Source: Fibrobacterota bacterium
GTDB lineage: Bacteria; Fibrobacterota; Fibrobacteria; UBA11236
Reading direction: 5' to 3'
Length of the DNA stretch: 16,779 nucleotides
Assembly: GCA_043753995.1 (NCBI GenBank)
Contig: JAYUVP010000042.1
Location: 1 to 16,779 of the forward strand
A model generated the notes under the pieces. It ran no database searches and was not told the DNA's origin. It saw only the letters and a list, made by a program, of their open reading frames with translations. The stretch's first letter is position 1. Each line of letters begins with the position of its first letter. The translations under genes were made by a program, and so were the position numbers. This document shows, in pieces, positions 16,323-16,779 of the stretch.

Positions 16323-16706
16323 TTAAGTATTGCCGAGAAAAGCTCGCACCTGATCACCGCCCTGCATTAATTGATCCTCGGGAATCAGCAGCAATCGACG
16401 GACATCCCCTGGCCAAACTTCCCAGGCTCCCCAAGTGACTTCCTTTTCCAATTGTTCCGCTCCCCAGCCACTATATCCGAGGAAAAGCCGCAATTGCTTG
16501 GGATCGGCGGCTAAAATTTCGGAAAGGTTAGCGAAATACCCGCCGACATGAACCGCCGGTGCCACAGCGACAGCGCCTGACACATCGTCCTCCGCAACCT
16601 GCAATACCTGCAACTCTTCGGGCTGAACCGGTCCACCGATATAAACCTTGTCCGAAATTTTCGACTTAAGTGATTTAGGCGAGCAAAGCCCCAAGGATTT
16701 GCACAA
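16323..16706 (-). CDS. Partial (5' end missing): YqgE/AlgH family protein
   Basis: VYIGGPV and LRLFLGYSGWGAEQLEKEV...W are YqgE/AlgH signatures. The usual N-terminal part is absent; the gene is cut at the inversion junction near 16703-16706. Confidence 0.85.
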   Translation of the reverse strand: MCKSLGLCSPKSLKSKISDKVYIGGPVQPEELQVLQVAEDDVSGAVAVAPAVHVGGYFANLSEILAADPKQLRLFLGYSGWGAEQLEKEVTWGAWEVWPGDVRRLLLIPEDQLMQGGDQVRAFLGNT

Positions 16707-16779
16707 GGTTTATATCGGTGGACCGGTTCAGCCCGAAGAGTTGCAGGTATTGCAGGTTGCGGAGGACGATGTGTCAGGC
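16575..16779. repeat. Perfect 77-bp inverted repeat (16575-16651 and 16703-16779, 51-bp spacer) reaching the window end
   Basis: 16703-16779 (acaaggtttatatcggtgg...gatgtgtcaggc) is the exact reverse complement of 16575-16651. Confidence 0.97.

Noticed and set aside
16575..16779. Terminal inverted repeats of a MITE or IS, or a hairpin telomere
   Set aside because: The arms are ordinary YqgE/AlgH coding sequence, and no transposase, target duplication or protelomerase is visible.

Overview
Bacterial chromosomal window of mostly housekeeping genes. A diderm is likely, and an FCB-group affinity is suggested only weakly by the first gene. Left to right: (-) the 5' part of a secreted HExxH metallopeptidase-domain protein that runs off the left edge and is missing from the ORF track, coupled to a type I dehydroquinate dehydratase (aroD); (+) a divergent secreted TPR-like protein; (+) a two-subunit 2-oxoacid:ferredoxin oxidoreductase (korAB-like) ending in an intrinsic terminator; (+) a translationally coupled three-gene unit of an uncharacterised lipoprotein, ResB/CcsB and a long CcsA (cytochrome c maturation System II); (-) a small, possibly leaderless orphan with a degenerate PilZ-like pattern; (-) glutamate synthase gltBD with a clear terminator and a ~270-nt hairpin-rich upstream region; (-) the 3' part of a YqgE/AlgH gene cut by a perfect 77-bp fold-back inversion at the window end, probably an amplification or assembly artefact. 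I saw no rRNA, tRNA, CRISPR array or mobile element. The best candidates for something undescribed are the lipoprotein as an extra System II component, the promoter nested in the korB terminator, and the structured gltB leader. All calls come from manual reading and recalled motifs; no searches were run.
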